Shown here: one piece after another, positions 55,514 to 64,000 of the stretch
How the letters are laid out: every line of letters starts with the position of its first letter
How positions within the stretch are numbered: position 1 is the first letter of the stretch
Notes under the pieces: model-generated
The model's database searches: none
What the model saw: the letters and a program-made list of their open reading frames with translations, nothing else
Told to the model about the DNA's origin: nothing
Program-made: the position numbers and the translations under genes
Assembly (NCBI GenBank): GCA_963675665.1
Contig: OY776510.1
Coordinates: 4,736,001-4,800,000 of the forward strand
DNA length: 64,000 bases
Source: Spirochaetia bacterium
Lineage (GTDB): Bacteria; Spirochaetota; Spirochaetia; UBA9216
Direction of reading: 5' to 3'

Positions 55514-56254
55514 ATGGATCAAAAAATTACACCTATCAAGCGCAAAAGAGTCTCTGAAGAAGTTTTCAGACAATTATTCGACATGATAAACGATCATATT
55601 TACAGCCCGGGAGATCAGCTTCCAAGCGAAAGAGAGCTGGCTGAAAGATTCAAGGTCAGCAGGGCTTCAGTAAGAGAAGCCGTTAAAACCCTTGAAACGA
55701 TGGGTCTTATAGAATCAAGTGTAGGTGTCGGCGGGGGCAATTTTGTAAAGGAAGTGTCTCTGGAAACAATGATCTCTCCTTTCGCATCATTTCTTGATCA
55801 CAAAAAAAATCTTCTTGTGGAAATGATGGAATACAGGCTTGTACTTGAAACTGAAATAGCACGGCTTGCCGCCGAACGCAGAAACGATGAAGATCTAAAA
55901 AAAATTGAGGCCTCGGTGGAAGCAATGCGCAAAGAGGTTGCTGACGGAGGACTTGGCCTTTCAGGCGATAATATGTTTCACGAATATGTTGCCTCAGCAA
56001 CCCATAACCAGGTCTTTGTCCATATGCAGGAACTGGCGAAGACATTGCTTGAAAAGACGCGTGAATCGTCTTTGAGCGTGAAAGGGATTCCCCAACGGGG
56101 AATCGAGCAGCACCGCCGTATCTTCGAAGCCATCAGGGCGGGATCTCCGAAAGCCGCCGCAGAAGCGATGCATGAGCATATAACGGAAGCCATGATCAAT
56201 GTTCAGAAGCACGAGGGAATAAACCAGGGCAGCGATCAGTCTTCCGGCATATAA
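55514..56254 (+). CDS. GntR/FadR-family regulator 3 (paralog of regulator 2)
   Basis: QLPSEREL..VSRASVREAV; DNMFHEYVASATHN; ATG at 55514. Confidence 0.92.
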   Translation: MDQKITPIKRKRVSEEVFRQLFDMINDHIYSPGDQLPSERELAERFKVSRASVREAVKTLETMGLIESSVGVGGGNFVKEVSLETMISPFASFLDHKKNLLVEMMEYRLVLETEIARLAAERRNDEDLKKIEASVEAMRKEVADGGLGLSGDNMFHEYVASATHNQVFVHMQELAKTLLEKTRESSLSVKGIPQRGIEQHRRIFEAIRAGSPKAAAEAMHEHITEAMINVQKHEGINQGSDQSSGI

Positions 56255-57285
56255 ATAGCTTTTATACCTTTCTCCGCCTCAAGAAGACCAAATGTCTGTT
56301 CCCAGTCTTCCAGCCTGAAATTGTGCGTAATAATGTTCGACAGCATATCTCCTTTATCCCGAAGAAGACCAAGGGCCTTGTCCCAGGATGTATAGCTTGA
56401 ACTGAAGTTGAACCTTATGTCGAGTACCTTGTGCATTGCAGCGTTCCACGGGAACTGTATATATTCATCGGCGCAGAGTCCTATCGCTGAAACCCTTCCC
56501 TTACGTCGCAATGCCGCAACTCCGTCTCTAATCGCAGGAGGCGCCCCGCTCGTCTCTATCAGAACATCCGCTCCGCGCCCGCCAGTCAGCTCGTTTATCC
56601 TGTCCTGCAGGTTCTCTTTCTGCACATTGACGATATAGTCGGCGCCGAGCCTCCGTGCAGCATCAAAACGGATTATCTCTCCGCTGTTCATTCCTGTCAT
56701 CAGGACACTGCCTGCACCCTGCATTTTGGCAATAAACGTAGCCAGTATCCCCATCGGTCCGGCGCCGGTTACAAGCACAAAGTCCTGCATCTCTATTACC
56801 CCGGCTTCAGACACCTGGTGCACGGCTATGGCAAGGGGTTCGGCAAGCGCTGCAAGTTCGTAGCTGACTCCTTCGGGTATCCGGTGAATAAGCTGAGCAG
56901 GCATTTTAAGGTAATCTGCAAAGGCCCCGTCTATTCCCCAGCCCGGAGAGCGCTTGTCCGCGCACATCTGAACCATTCCCTGCCGGCAGTATTCGCAAAG
57001 CCCGCAGTTCATCGAATGGGGTTCGGACACCACCCTGTCTCCGACGCTTACGTTTTTTACAGCCGCACCCGCTTCGACAACCTCCCCGGAGAACTCATGC
57101 CCGAGAATGACCGGCGGCCAGTATGGAAAATGATCGTGCCGGATATGCAGATCGGTTCCGCATACCCCTGCTGCCTTCACTTTTATAAGAACCCAGTCGG
57201 GCTCGCCCAGTTCCGGCGCAGGCACTTCGCGCACTTCGATATTTCCGGGTCCTTTTGCTGTTTTTACCAACGCTTTCATTGTCAT
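56236..57285 (-). CDS. Zinc-dependent medium-chain alcohol/polyol dehydrogenase
   Basis: CGTDLH, GHEFSG, CGLCEYC...C, LAEPLA, GAGPMG. Confidence 0.9.
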   Translation of the reverse strand: MTMKALVKTAKGPGNIEVREVPAPELGEPDWVLIKVKAAGVCGTDLHIRHDHFPYWPPVILGHEFSGEVVEAGAAVKNVSVGDRVVSEPHSMNCGLCEYCRQGMVQMCADKRSPGWGIDGAFADYLKMPAQLIHRIPEGVSYELAALAEPLAIAVHQVSEAGVIEMQDFVLVTGAGPMGILATFIAKMQGAGSVLMTGMNSGEIIRFDAARRLGADYIVNVQKENLQDRINELTGGRGADVLIETSGAPPAIRDGVAALRRKGRVSAIGLCADEYIQFPWNAAMHKVLDIRFNFSSSYTSWDKALGLLRDKGDMLSNIITHNFRLEDWEQTFGLLEAEKGIKAIYMPED

Positions 57286-57530
57286 CCTCCAAGAACAACA
57301 GGAACAATTTGAAAATGATCATTCTCATTTATATTTCCAAAGTTATCCGGACTGATTGCCATCCCGTTTCTGTAAACATTGTAAAGAATCTTATCTCCCA
57401 TAACATTCTTTATTGCCTGAAACAGGGAATCCAAATCATTACATCCGGATACCGGTATTTCAATAGTTAGATTATCGGTCCCGGAAATCTTCTTAATACT
57501 TCCGATAAACTCCAGATTAATCGAAACCAC
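57282..57530 (-). CDS. MoaD/ThiS-family sulfur carrier
   Basis: 82 aa ending IVPVVLGG; adjacent to AOR. Confidence 0.82.
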   Translation of the reverse strand: MVSINLEFIGSIKKISGTDNLTIEIPVSGCNDLDSLFQAIKNVMGDKILYNVYRNGMAISPDNFGNINENDHFQIVPVVLGG

Positions 57531-57534
57531 AGTA

Positions 57535-59475
57535 TCAGCAAGCCTTCAGTTCAGACAAAATCTTTGCTGCCCAGGGGATACCGAGGTAGTGAACGGTTGA
57601 CTCAAGGGGAATACCTTCTTCACTGTCCCAACCCATCATTTCATAATAAGAACTCACTGCTTTTTCAAATTCTTCCCGATCAAGTTTTGAACCGTTGAGG
57701 GGGCCTTCCTGTAATCCCTCAAACATTCTGTCCGGTATATTCAGATCATCTTCTTTGGTCATTCCGTGTTTCAGATTGAAAAGCCTGGCCATTGTTGTCC
57801 CCCTTCGTCCGGCTTCAATTAATTCCATCAGGCTAGTATCCCAGCCGGTTACAGCCTTAACGATCTCGGGGATATGCGTAATTTTCAAAGTCCTTACAGG
57901 CTGAAACGTGAAAATACAGATATCAAGCATGTTGAACAGACTCCAGTAATGCTGAAGATGAGTAAACAGAGCAACTTTTTCAAAACCAAGAGATAAACTC
58001 GGGACAGGATCATACCACCCCAATGAATATAGAGTCTTCAGCATGGAATGCGGATCATCAGCGGTATGACTGTATCCTGTAAGCGCTGAATCAAAAGCCC
58101 CGTCATGTTCATGCTGCAGGTGGTCCGCTCCTGTCGGAGAAACGGCATAGGCAAGTCCCACACCGAACTTGGCCCGGGGTTCTGCAACAGCAAATTCCTG
58201 GCCTTTTACCTGCATAGAATATTTTTCAGCGCCCTTCCCTATAATCTTTCCGGCTTTTTTGCTGCCTTCCGCCAGGATGTTTCCAAAACCGTCTCTGTAT
58301 GCAATTTTTTTAAGCATTGAAAACATGGCTTCAACATTACCGAATTCAAGTTCTATACCGTCAGTGTCTTCTTTGGATATTAAGCCTCTCTCATAACACT
58401 CCATTGCGAAAGCAATTGTAACCCCTGCTGAAACGGTATCAATACCCAGTTGATTGCAGATTTCATGTGCTTTAGGCGCGGCATACATATCGGAGATACC
58501 GCAGATTGAACCGAAAGCTCCAAGGGTCTCGAACTCCGGACCTCCGAGGCGGCCGTTTATTTTATATGGTTTTTCAGCTTCAAAAACCTGCTTGCAACGC
58601 AGCGGACAGGCATAACAACCTTCCGTTTTCTTCTTCAGTGCCGCATGCAGTTCGTCGGCATCATACTCAAGTTTTTCAAAATACCCTTTCCGGTAATTAT
58701 ATGTGGGAAGTGTTCCAGCCGCCTGAGAACCAAAATAGTAGTCACTTGTTCCATGTTGATGTTGATTTTTGTTATCGTTATTATTCTGAAAATTCTCAGT
58801 GAAATACCTGAAAATTTCTTTCAGTTTATCCTGATTGAAAAACTCCTGCCTTCCGGTTCCACGAACGACCACAGCCTTAATATTTTTTGAACCCATTACA
58901 GCGCCCATTCCGGTCCGACCGTGGTAATGAGAAAGGTCATGCGCAATACCGGCAAATTTTACGAGATTCTCACCGGCAGGCCCAATAATAAGTGTTTTCA
59001 GTTTTGCTTCGCCTGTTTCTTCAATCAGCATGTCATTTGTTTCAAGCACTGTTTGCCCCCATAAATGAGAAGCATCTTTCAGTTCGATTCTGTCGTCTTT
59101 GATAAAAAGGTAAACAGGTTTTTCAGCCCGGCCTTCAAGAATTATTCCGTCGTAACCCGCACTTTTTAATTCAGGGCCCCAGAATCCTCCTGATTCTGAT
59201 TCTCCGTAAAACCCCGTAAGTGGAGATTTGGCACCGACTGAATGCCGTCCTGCACCGGGAATTTTTGCCCCTGTAATAACGCTTGCAGTGAAAATCAGTT
59301 TATTCTCCGGAGATAGAGGATCGATACCGGCTTCGAGCTCATTTAAGAGGTAATAACCTATTACACCTCTTCCCCCGAGATATCTGCGGAAAAAGTTTTC
59401 TCCCGGTTCATCAAAAGTAATGCATCCGTTTGAAAGATTGATTCTTATGATCTTATTATGAAAACCGTAGGTCAT
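57535..59475 (-). CDS. W/Mo aldehyde:ferredoxin oxidoreductase (AOR family), copy 2
   Basis: KSPLTG, IGPAGENLV, GRTGMGAVMGSKNIKA, CYACPLRC, GPEFET, DTVSAG. Confidence 0.92.
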   Translation of the reverse strand: MTYGFHNKIIRINLSNGCITFDEPGENFFRRYLGGRGVIGYYLLNELEAGIDPLSPENKLIFTASVITGAKIPGAGRHSVGAKSPLTGFYGESESGGFWGPELKSAGYDGIILEGRAEKPVYLFIKDDRIELKDASHLWGQTVLETNDMLIEETGEAKLKTLIIGPAGENLVKFAGIAHDLSHYHGRTGMGAVMGSKNIKAVVVRGTGRQEFFNQDKLKEIFRYFTENFQNNNDNKNQHQHGTSDYYFGSQAAGTLPTYNYRKGYFEKLEYDADELHAALKKKTEGCYACPLRCKQVFEAEKPYKINGRLGGPEFETLGAFGSICGISDMYAAPKAHEICNQLGIDTVSAGVTIAFAMECYERGLISKEDTDGIELEFGNVEAMFSMLKKIAYRDGFGNILAEGSKKAGKIIGKGAEKYSMQVKGQEFAVAEPRAKFGVGLAYAVSPTGADHLQHEHDGAFDSALTGYSHTADDPHSMLKTLYSLGWYDPVPSLSLGFEKVALFTHLQHYWSLFNMLDICIFTFQPVRTLKITHIPEIVKAVTGWDTSLMELIEAGRRGTTMARLFNLKHGMTKEDDLNIPDRMFEGLQEGPLNGSKLDREEFEKAVSSYYEMMGWDSEEGIPLESTVHYLGIPWAAKILSELKAC

Positions 59476-59487
59476 TTCATTCTCCTG

Positions 59488-60552
59488 CTATAAGGTCAAT
59501 GCTTTTTTAAGCTCGACAGTTTCCGACAGGCCGTCAGCAACACCTATTTTATACGAAACCGAATAGGTCTCCCCCGCCTCAAGGTATTTCAGCCTGCCGT
59601 TTTCTCTTGCTTCCATACGCCCCTCGGGAATACAGTTTCCGGGTTCAAAAGCAGCGACATAATCCTGGCAACCCATCATTTTCCATTCGTTAAAAAATGG
59701 GAGTTCTTCAGGTGAGTAAACAAGATAGGCGCCGAAGTTCAGACTTTCATTGATAACAGCCGAATACACTTTATGTCCCTTTTCAGGCATCTCATGCAGA
59801 AAGCATTCATATTCATAACCCGGCTGAGGAGATTCCATTCTTTCGTATTCTCCGTTGCCATTGATTGCACTGTCCGTCCACGGCTTTACTTCAACAGCGC
59901 GTGTATAATAACCGGAATTCTCGCTAACTACCGGGAAACCGAAATTGACATGATAGAGAAGCATAAACGGCATTTTTTCAAATCCTGCATTTACAAATTT
60001 GTCAAAAATCTCAATTTCACTGCTGCCTGCCCTGCATTTGATTTCACGTTCCATCACCAGGTTCTCAGCATAAAGACAGGATTCCCTAACTTTTCCTTTG
60101 ACTGTATATACCGGCAGTCCTTCTTCCAGATGTTCTTCATAAAAAAAAGATTCTGCCGGAGTGTGGGATATTCGGCCGTGAATACCTAAAACATCATCAC
60201 CGTCTGTTCCCGAAGCTCCTGCCTGGGTCAAACCGCATGTAGTAAGAAGACCGCCAGAAAAAGAACGGAGAAATCCGTTTATACTGTTTTCATAATGTCC
60301 GGGGGCTACTATTCCGTTCTTGGACAACCATGCAACAGGACGGCCCCGGTATTCAGCTGTTGCTATATCCAGACTTCTGTCGGGCAGAACTGTGAAATTC
60401 AATCCGGTGCCGTTCTTAATCAGAAGCGCTCTGGAACCCCGCGCCTTTCCCTGAATATATTCAACCTCGGTTATTCCTCCGAACTGATCCGGCGAACCGA
60501 AATATTTTCTTATATCCTCATCCGTAAGATTCTTTCCGTATAAGCTCTTCAT
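59488..60552 (-). CDS. Aldose 1-epimerase-like protein (DUF4432, DeoM-like mutarotase)
   Basis: VLPDRSLDI, FSGGLLTTCGL, GIHGRISHTPA, MLLYHVNFGFP, AFEPGN. Confidence 0.82.
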   Translation of the reverse strand: MKSLYGKNLTDEDIRKYFGSPDQFGGITEVEYIQGKARGSRALLIKNGTGLNFTVLPDRSLDIATAEYRGRPVAWLSKNGIVAPGHYENSINGFLRSFSGGLLTTCGLTQAGASGTDGDDVLGIHGRISHTPAESFFYEEHLEEGLPVYTVKGKVRESCLYAENLVMEREIKCRAGSSEIEIFDKFVNAGFEKMPFMLLYHVNFGFPVVSENSGYYTRAVEVKPWTDSAINGNGEYERMESPQPGYEYECFLHEMPEKGHKVYSAVINESLNFGAYLVYSPEELPFFNEWKMMGCQDYVAAFEPGNCIPEGRMEARENGRLKYLEAGETYSVSYKIGVADGLSETVELKKALTL

Positions 60553-60554
60553 CC

Positions 60555-61529
60555 CTACTCCAACACATTCTTCAGTCTTATCTTTCTTGTCAGCATATCA
60601 ACACTTACGACCCCTACAAGAATCAGTCCTGATGCAAAAAGCTGCCAGTAGGTCGATACACTGCTGAGAATAAGAATATTATCAATTAATCCGACAAGAA
60701 GCGTTCCCATAAGCGCGCCTATTACCGTGCCTTCACCTCCGCTTAAGGAGGCCCCCCCGATGATGCAGGCGGCAATCGATTTAAGTTCAACACCCGTTCC
60801 GGCTGTAGCCATCATCGACATCATCCTGGACGTAAGAACAACCCCCGCCAGGGCCGCCAGAACTCCTGTCAGAATATATGTACAGATTCTTACAAACTTT
60901 ACATTAATCCCGGAGAGTTTAGCAGCTTCAATATTTCCCCCGACAAAATAGACCAGTCTTCCCCAGCTGAATTTTCGCATAAATTGATCAATAACTAATA
61001 CGATGGCAAGCATCAGCATGATAGGTACGGGGAACCCAAGTATCCGACCTGCTCCGAGAAAAGCAAAACTGTCGGGAAGACCATAGATAGGCATTCCCTG
61101 GGTAATTGCCAGGGCCAGGCCTCTTACCATACTCATTGTTCCAAGTGTCGCTATAAAAGGATTTATTTCCACCTGGGTAATCAATACACCGTTAATGAAT
61201 CCGATAAATGCCCCTACTATCAACGCTATTAAGATTGAAACTGAAACCGGGACTCCACTCTCCATCAGTTTTGAAAGAACAACCCCGCAGAGAGCGAGTG
61301 TTGAACCCACAGAGAGATCGAACCCGTTTCCCGCCATCACAATCATCATTCCAACTGAAATAATACCTATGCTCAGTATTCCGTATCCTATCGCCTCAAT
61401 ATTGGTAATCGAAAAGAAATATTGATTTGTAATTGAAAAGACAATAAATAAAATCAGATTTATTAAAAAGATTAATAACGCACGGGATTTAAATATTTTG
61501 GAAAAGTAATTTTTATTTATTGAGACCAT
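60555..61529 (-). CDS. Sugar ABC transporter permease (RbsC-like)
   Basis: GFDLSVGS, PFIATLGTM, GGNIEAAKLSGI, ELKSIAACIIGGASLSGGEG. Confidence 0.9.
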   Translation of the reverse strand: MVSINKNYFSKIFKSRALLIFLINLILFIVFSITNQYFFSITNIEAIGYGILSIGIISVGMMIVMAGNGFDLSVGSTLALCGVVLSKLMESGVPVSVSILIALIVGAFIGFINGVLITQVEINPFIATLGTMSMVRGLALAITQGMPIYGLPDSFAFLGAGRILGFPVPIMLMLAIVLVIDQFMRKFSWGRLVYFVGGNIEAAKLSGINVKFVRICTYILTGVLAALAGVVLTSRMMSMMATAGTGVELKSIAACIIGGASLSGGEGTVIGALMGTLLVGLIDNILILSSVSTYWQLFASGLILVGVVSVDMLTRKIRLKNVLE

Positions 61530-63048
61530 TTCTTTTCTCCCTGGATTTAAAATCTACTATACTTGCCATAATGCTTTCCTGAGTAACGCTATCGTCATTA
61601 TCAATCAACTGAACTGTCTTTCCGTTATCCATAACAAGGATTCTGTCGCTCATGCCTAAAACTTCCGTCATTTCGGATGATATCAGAATAATGCTTTTAC
61701 CCTGATCCGCAATATTTTGCAGATGCTGATGTATAGCCTTTTTTGCGCCTATATCTATTCCCCTGGTGGGTTCATCAACTATTAAAATATCCGGTTCAAT
61801 TGAAACTGTCTTTGCCAGAAGAATTTTCTGCTGATTTCCGCCGCTCAATGTTCCTACAAGAATTCTGCCGTTACTGGCTTTAATATCAAAGAGTTTCACA
61901 AACTCATCCACTTTTCGTTTTAAAAGATCATTCTTTACTATTCTGTTTCTGCTGTATCTGTTTACATCTATAGACAGCATATTTTCTTCAATAGAAAAAC
62001 TTAAAAAAAGGCCCAGCTTTTTTCGGTCTTCCGTCAGATATCCGATACCCAACTCCATAGCCTTTTTGGGGTTTTTTATTTTAACTTCCTTTCCATTAAG
62101 AAGAATCCTTCCTGCAGAATGAGGAAGCGCTCCGAAAATTGCAAGAGCAAGCTCTGTTCTTCCTGCGCCTATCAATCCTGAAATTCCCAGTATCTCTCCC
62201 TTTCGTAATTTAAAATTTATATTTGAAAAACATTCTCTGTTGGAAAAGTTCTCCAGCTCAAGAACTGCTTCATCTTTTATCTGTATCTTTTTTTCAGGAA
62301 ACATTGTTCCGAGCTCTCTGCCGACCATCAAACCTGCAATTTTATCTTCCCGCATCTCTTCCTTCTGCAGTTTATCTATGAATTCACCGTCTCTCAGAAT
62401 GACGACCTGATCACAGAGTTCGACTATTTCACTGATTTCATGAGAAATATAGAGTATTGAGATGCCTTCATTTTTTAATTGTCCCAGTAATTTGAATAAT
62501 TTTTGAACAACCGGAATACTGAGAGGCCCGGTCGGTTCGTCTAAAATCATCAATTTGGGATTATAAGCAATAGCCCGAAGAATTTCGATCTGTTCACGTT
62601 CGGCAAGAGATAAATCTCCGACAACTGCAGCCGGATCCAGATTAAGTTCGAAAAGTTCAAGTAATTTAGCCGCTTCTCTGGTCTGCTTTTCAAAGTCTAT
62701 TTTATGCAGAGTCATTCGCCTGTTTTTATTCTTAAGATCCTTTACAAAAAGGTTTTCCCGAACGGACAGATTCTCACAAAGACTCAGTTCCTGATGTACT
62801 ACGGAAATTCCTTTATTAAGGGCATCATTGGGCGAACTGAATTTCTGCTCCACGCCGTTTAATATAATTTCACCCTCATCGATATCTATTGCTCCCCCGA
62901 TTGTCTTGATCAGGGTACTTTTACCAGCACCGTTCTCTCCAACAATACCGATAATCTCTCCTTTGTTTACTGAAAAAGAAACTCCTTTAAGCGCTTTTAC
63001 TCCGGGAAAGGTTTTTTTTATATTTTTCAGTGTCAATAATGATTCCAC
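61513..63048 (-). CDS. Sugar ABC transporter ATPase (RbsA-like)
   Basis: KTFPGVKAL, GENGAGKST, LDEPT, LSGGNQQKI; GTG start at 63048 with AGGAG SD. Confidence 0.92.
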   Translation of the reverse strand: MESLLTLKNIKKTFPGVKALKGVSFSVNKGEIIGIVGENGAGKSTLIKTIGGAIDIDEGEIILNGVEQKFSSPNDALNKGISVVHQELSLCENLSVRENLFVKDLKNKNRRMTLHKIDFEKQTREAAKLLELFELNLDPAAVVGDLSLAEREQIEILRAIAYNPKLMILDEPTGPLSIPVVQKLFKLLGQLKNEGISILYISHEISEIVELCDQVVILRDGEFIDKLQKEEMREDKIAGLMVGRELGTMFPEKKIQIKDEAVLELENFSNRECFSNINFKLRKGEILGISGLIGAGRTELALAIFGALPHSAGRILLNGKEVKIKNPKKAMELGIGYLTEDRKKLGLFLSFSIEENMLSIDVNRYSRNRIVKNDLLKRKVDEFVKLFDIKASNGRILVGTLSGGNQQKILLAKTVSIEPDILIVDEPTRGIDIGAKKAIHQHLQNIADQGKSIILISSEMTEVLGMSDRILVMDNGKTVQLIDNDDSVTQESIMASIVDFKSREKRNGLNK

Positions 63049-63067
63049 CGACAATCTCCTTAAATCG

Positions 63068-63098
63068 GGAGAGGAAACTGACATTCGGTTTCCTCTCC
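63068..63098. repeat. Hairpin between the binding-protein and ATPase genes
   Basis: GGAGAGGAAAC...GTTTCCTCTCC, 11-bp stem. Confidence 0.65.
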
Positions 63099-63108
63099 TT
63101 TCCGGTTA

Positions 63109-64000
63109 TTACTTTTCTTCGAAATTCCTGTAGTTGGTTTTATCAATTATCATAATTCCGGTATCAGTAAAATTGGGCAATGTATTGACTCCGTTTTTCT
63201 GTACAGCATCAACATCCCAGCCCTTTACAAGCTCAAGAGTATCGTGGTTATAATCATACAGCATTTTTAAACCGTAATATGACATGGCAAATGTCCTCTG
63301 GACCATTGTAGAATGAATAACCCCTTCTTCAATCAGCTTCAGCGTTTGAGGCATGGGATCAAAACCTACAAGAGTTATCTTTCCTGTTTTATTGAGGTTC
63401 TTTACGGCTGCACCCATTCCTATAGGGCTTACTCCGTCGGTGCCGAATATACCGGAAATATCGGGATTTGCGATGATCATTTCTGAATTGACCTTCGTTG
63501 CAATTTCAGTATCAGCCTTGTCGTCTACAACAGCCACAACCTCCATCCCGGGATATTTGCTGTCAATCCGGTCAATAAAACCGCGGGCTCTAGCTTCGCA
63601 GGCTTCAAAACCTACAAGATTAGAGATGCCGACTTTGCCTTTTCCGTTTAATAATTCAGCCATCAAATCTGCAGCTTTCTGGCCGGCAGCATAACCATCA
63701 GTGCCGATATAGGAAAGCCGTTTACTGTCTGGCGAATCAGTATCGACAGCTATAACCGGGATGCCGGCGGCTATTGCTTTATTTATTACGGGAACAAATG
63801 CCGGCCCGTTGAGCGGACCAACCAAAAATCCGGCCGGGTTCTTTGATATTTCCTGTTCCATTATTGCAATCTGCTGTTCAACCGAATCGCCCATAACACC
63901 GGTAAAAAATGTCTGAACACCGAGTTCGGCTGCCGCTGCTTCAAATCCGGCTTTATGGACCTGCCAGTATTGTATTCCGATATGCGGAGCAATAAGAACA
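63109..64000 (-). CDS. Sugar ABC transporter substrate-binding protein (RbsB-like), 5' end outside the window
   Basis: Frame open to the window edge (..YWQVHKAGFEAAAAELGV..); GIPVIAVDTD, YIGTDGYAAG, VGFD. Confidence 0.88.
   Translation of the reverse strand, partial: VLIAPHIGIQYWQVHKAGFEAAAAELGVQTFFTGVMGDSVEQQIAIMEQEISKNPAGFLVGPLNGPAFVPVINKAIAAGIPVIAVDTDSPDSKRLSYIGTDGYAAGQKAADLMAELLNGKGKVGISNLVGFEACEARARGFIDRIDSKYPGMEVVAVVDDKADTEIATKVNSEMIIANPDISGIFGTDGVSPIGMGAAVKNLNKTGKITLVGFDPMPQTLKLIEEGVIHSTMVQRTFAMSYYGLKMLYDYNHDTLELVKGWDVDAVQKNGVNTLPNFTDTGIMIIDKTNYRNFEEK

Noticed and set aside
35140-64000. Mobile element or prophage origin of the catabolic island
   Set aside because: Some genes look more AT-rich by eye, but I found no integrase, transposase, tRNA or flanking direct repeats, and composition was not computed.
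1-64000. rRNA, tRNA, CRISPR arrays, riboswitches, defence systems
   Set aside because: Intergenic spaces are short and none of these signatures was recognisable by eye; an Rfam/tRNAscan run would be needed to exclude small RNAs.

Overview
This is a gene-dense 64 kb bacterial window. It is most likely from a free-living Spirochaetales (Spirochaetaceae-like) organism, inferred from the Cys-less 'FAxGxxE' binding-protein signal peptides, the PfkA type and the PEGA/adenylate-cyclase neighbourhood. No rRNA, tRNA, CRISPR array or transposase was seen. Left part (1-22 kb): partial phosphofructokinase, an AlaA-like aminotransferase, PEGA/TPR and membrane proteins, a HAMP class III nucleotide cyclase, a long coiled-coil protein, three lipoproteins, a degenerate M20 protein paired with gpgS, lplA, an acyl-CoA synthetase and a liv ABC operon. 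Middle (22-35 kb): an L-rhamnose locus with rhaA, a class II aldolase, a LarA-family racemase, a two-component system, rhaSTPQ (rhaT frameshifted in an A9 run), rhaM and an AraC regulator; no rhaB is present in the window. Right part (35-64 kb): a three-operon catabolic island. Two modules of sugar ABC transporter + W/Mo aldehyde:ferredoxin oxidoreductase + MoaD + alcohol dehydrogenase flank a central operon (CoA-acylating aldehyde dehydrogenase, atypical SucCD, acetoin-dehydrogenase-like complex, LarA-family racemase, malic enzyme), with three FadR-type regulators. Two highlights: (1) an unannotated, apparently leaderless poly-alanine leader peptide with mutually exclusive hairpins and a terminator ahead of the alanine aminotransferase, a candidate alanine-sensing attenuator; (2) the right-hand island, which reads as a kinase-free deoxy-sugar degradation route via acyloin cleavage and malyl-CoA/malate (hypothesis). 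All calls come from reading the sequence and recalling motifs; no database search was run.
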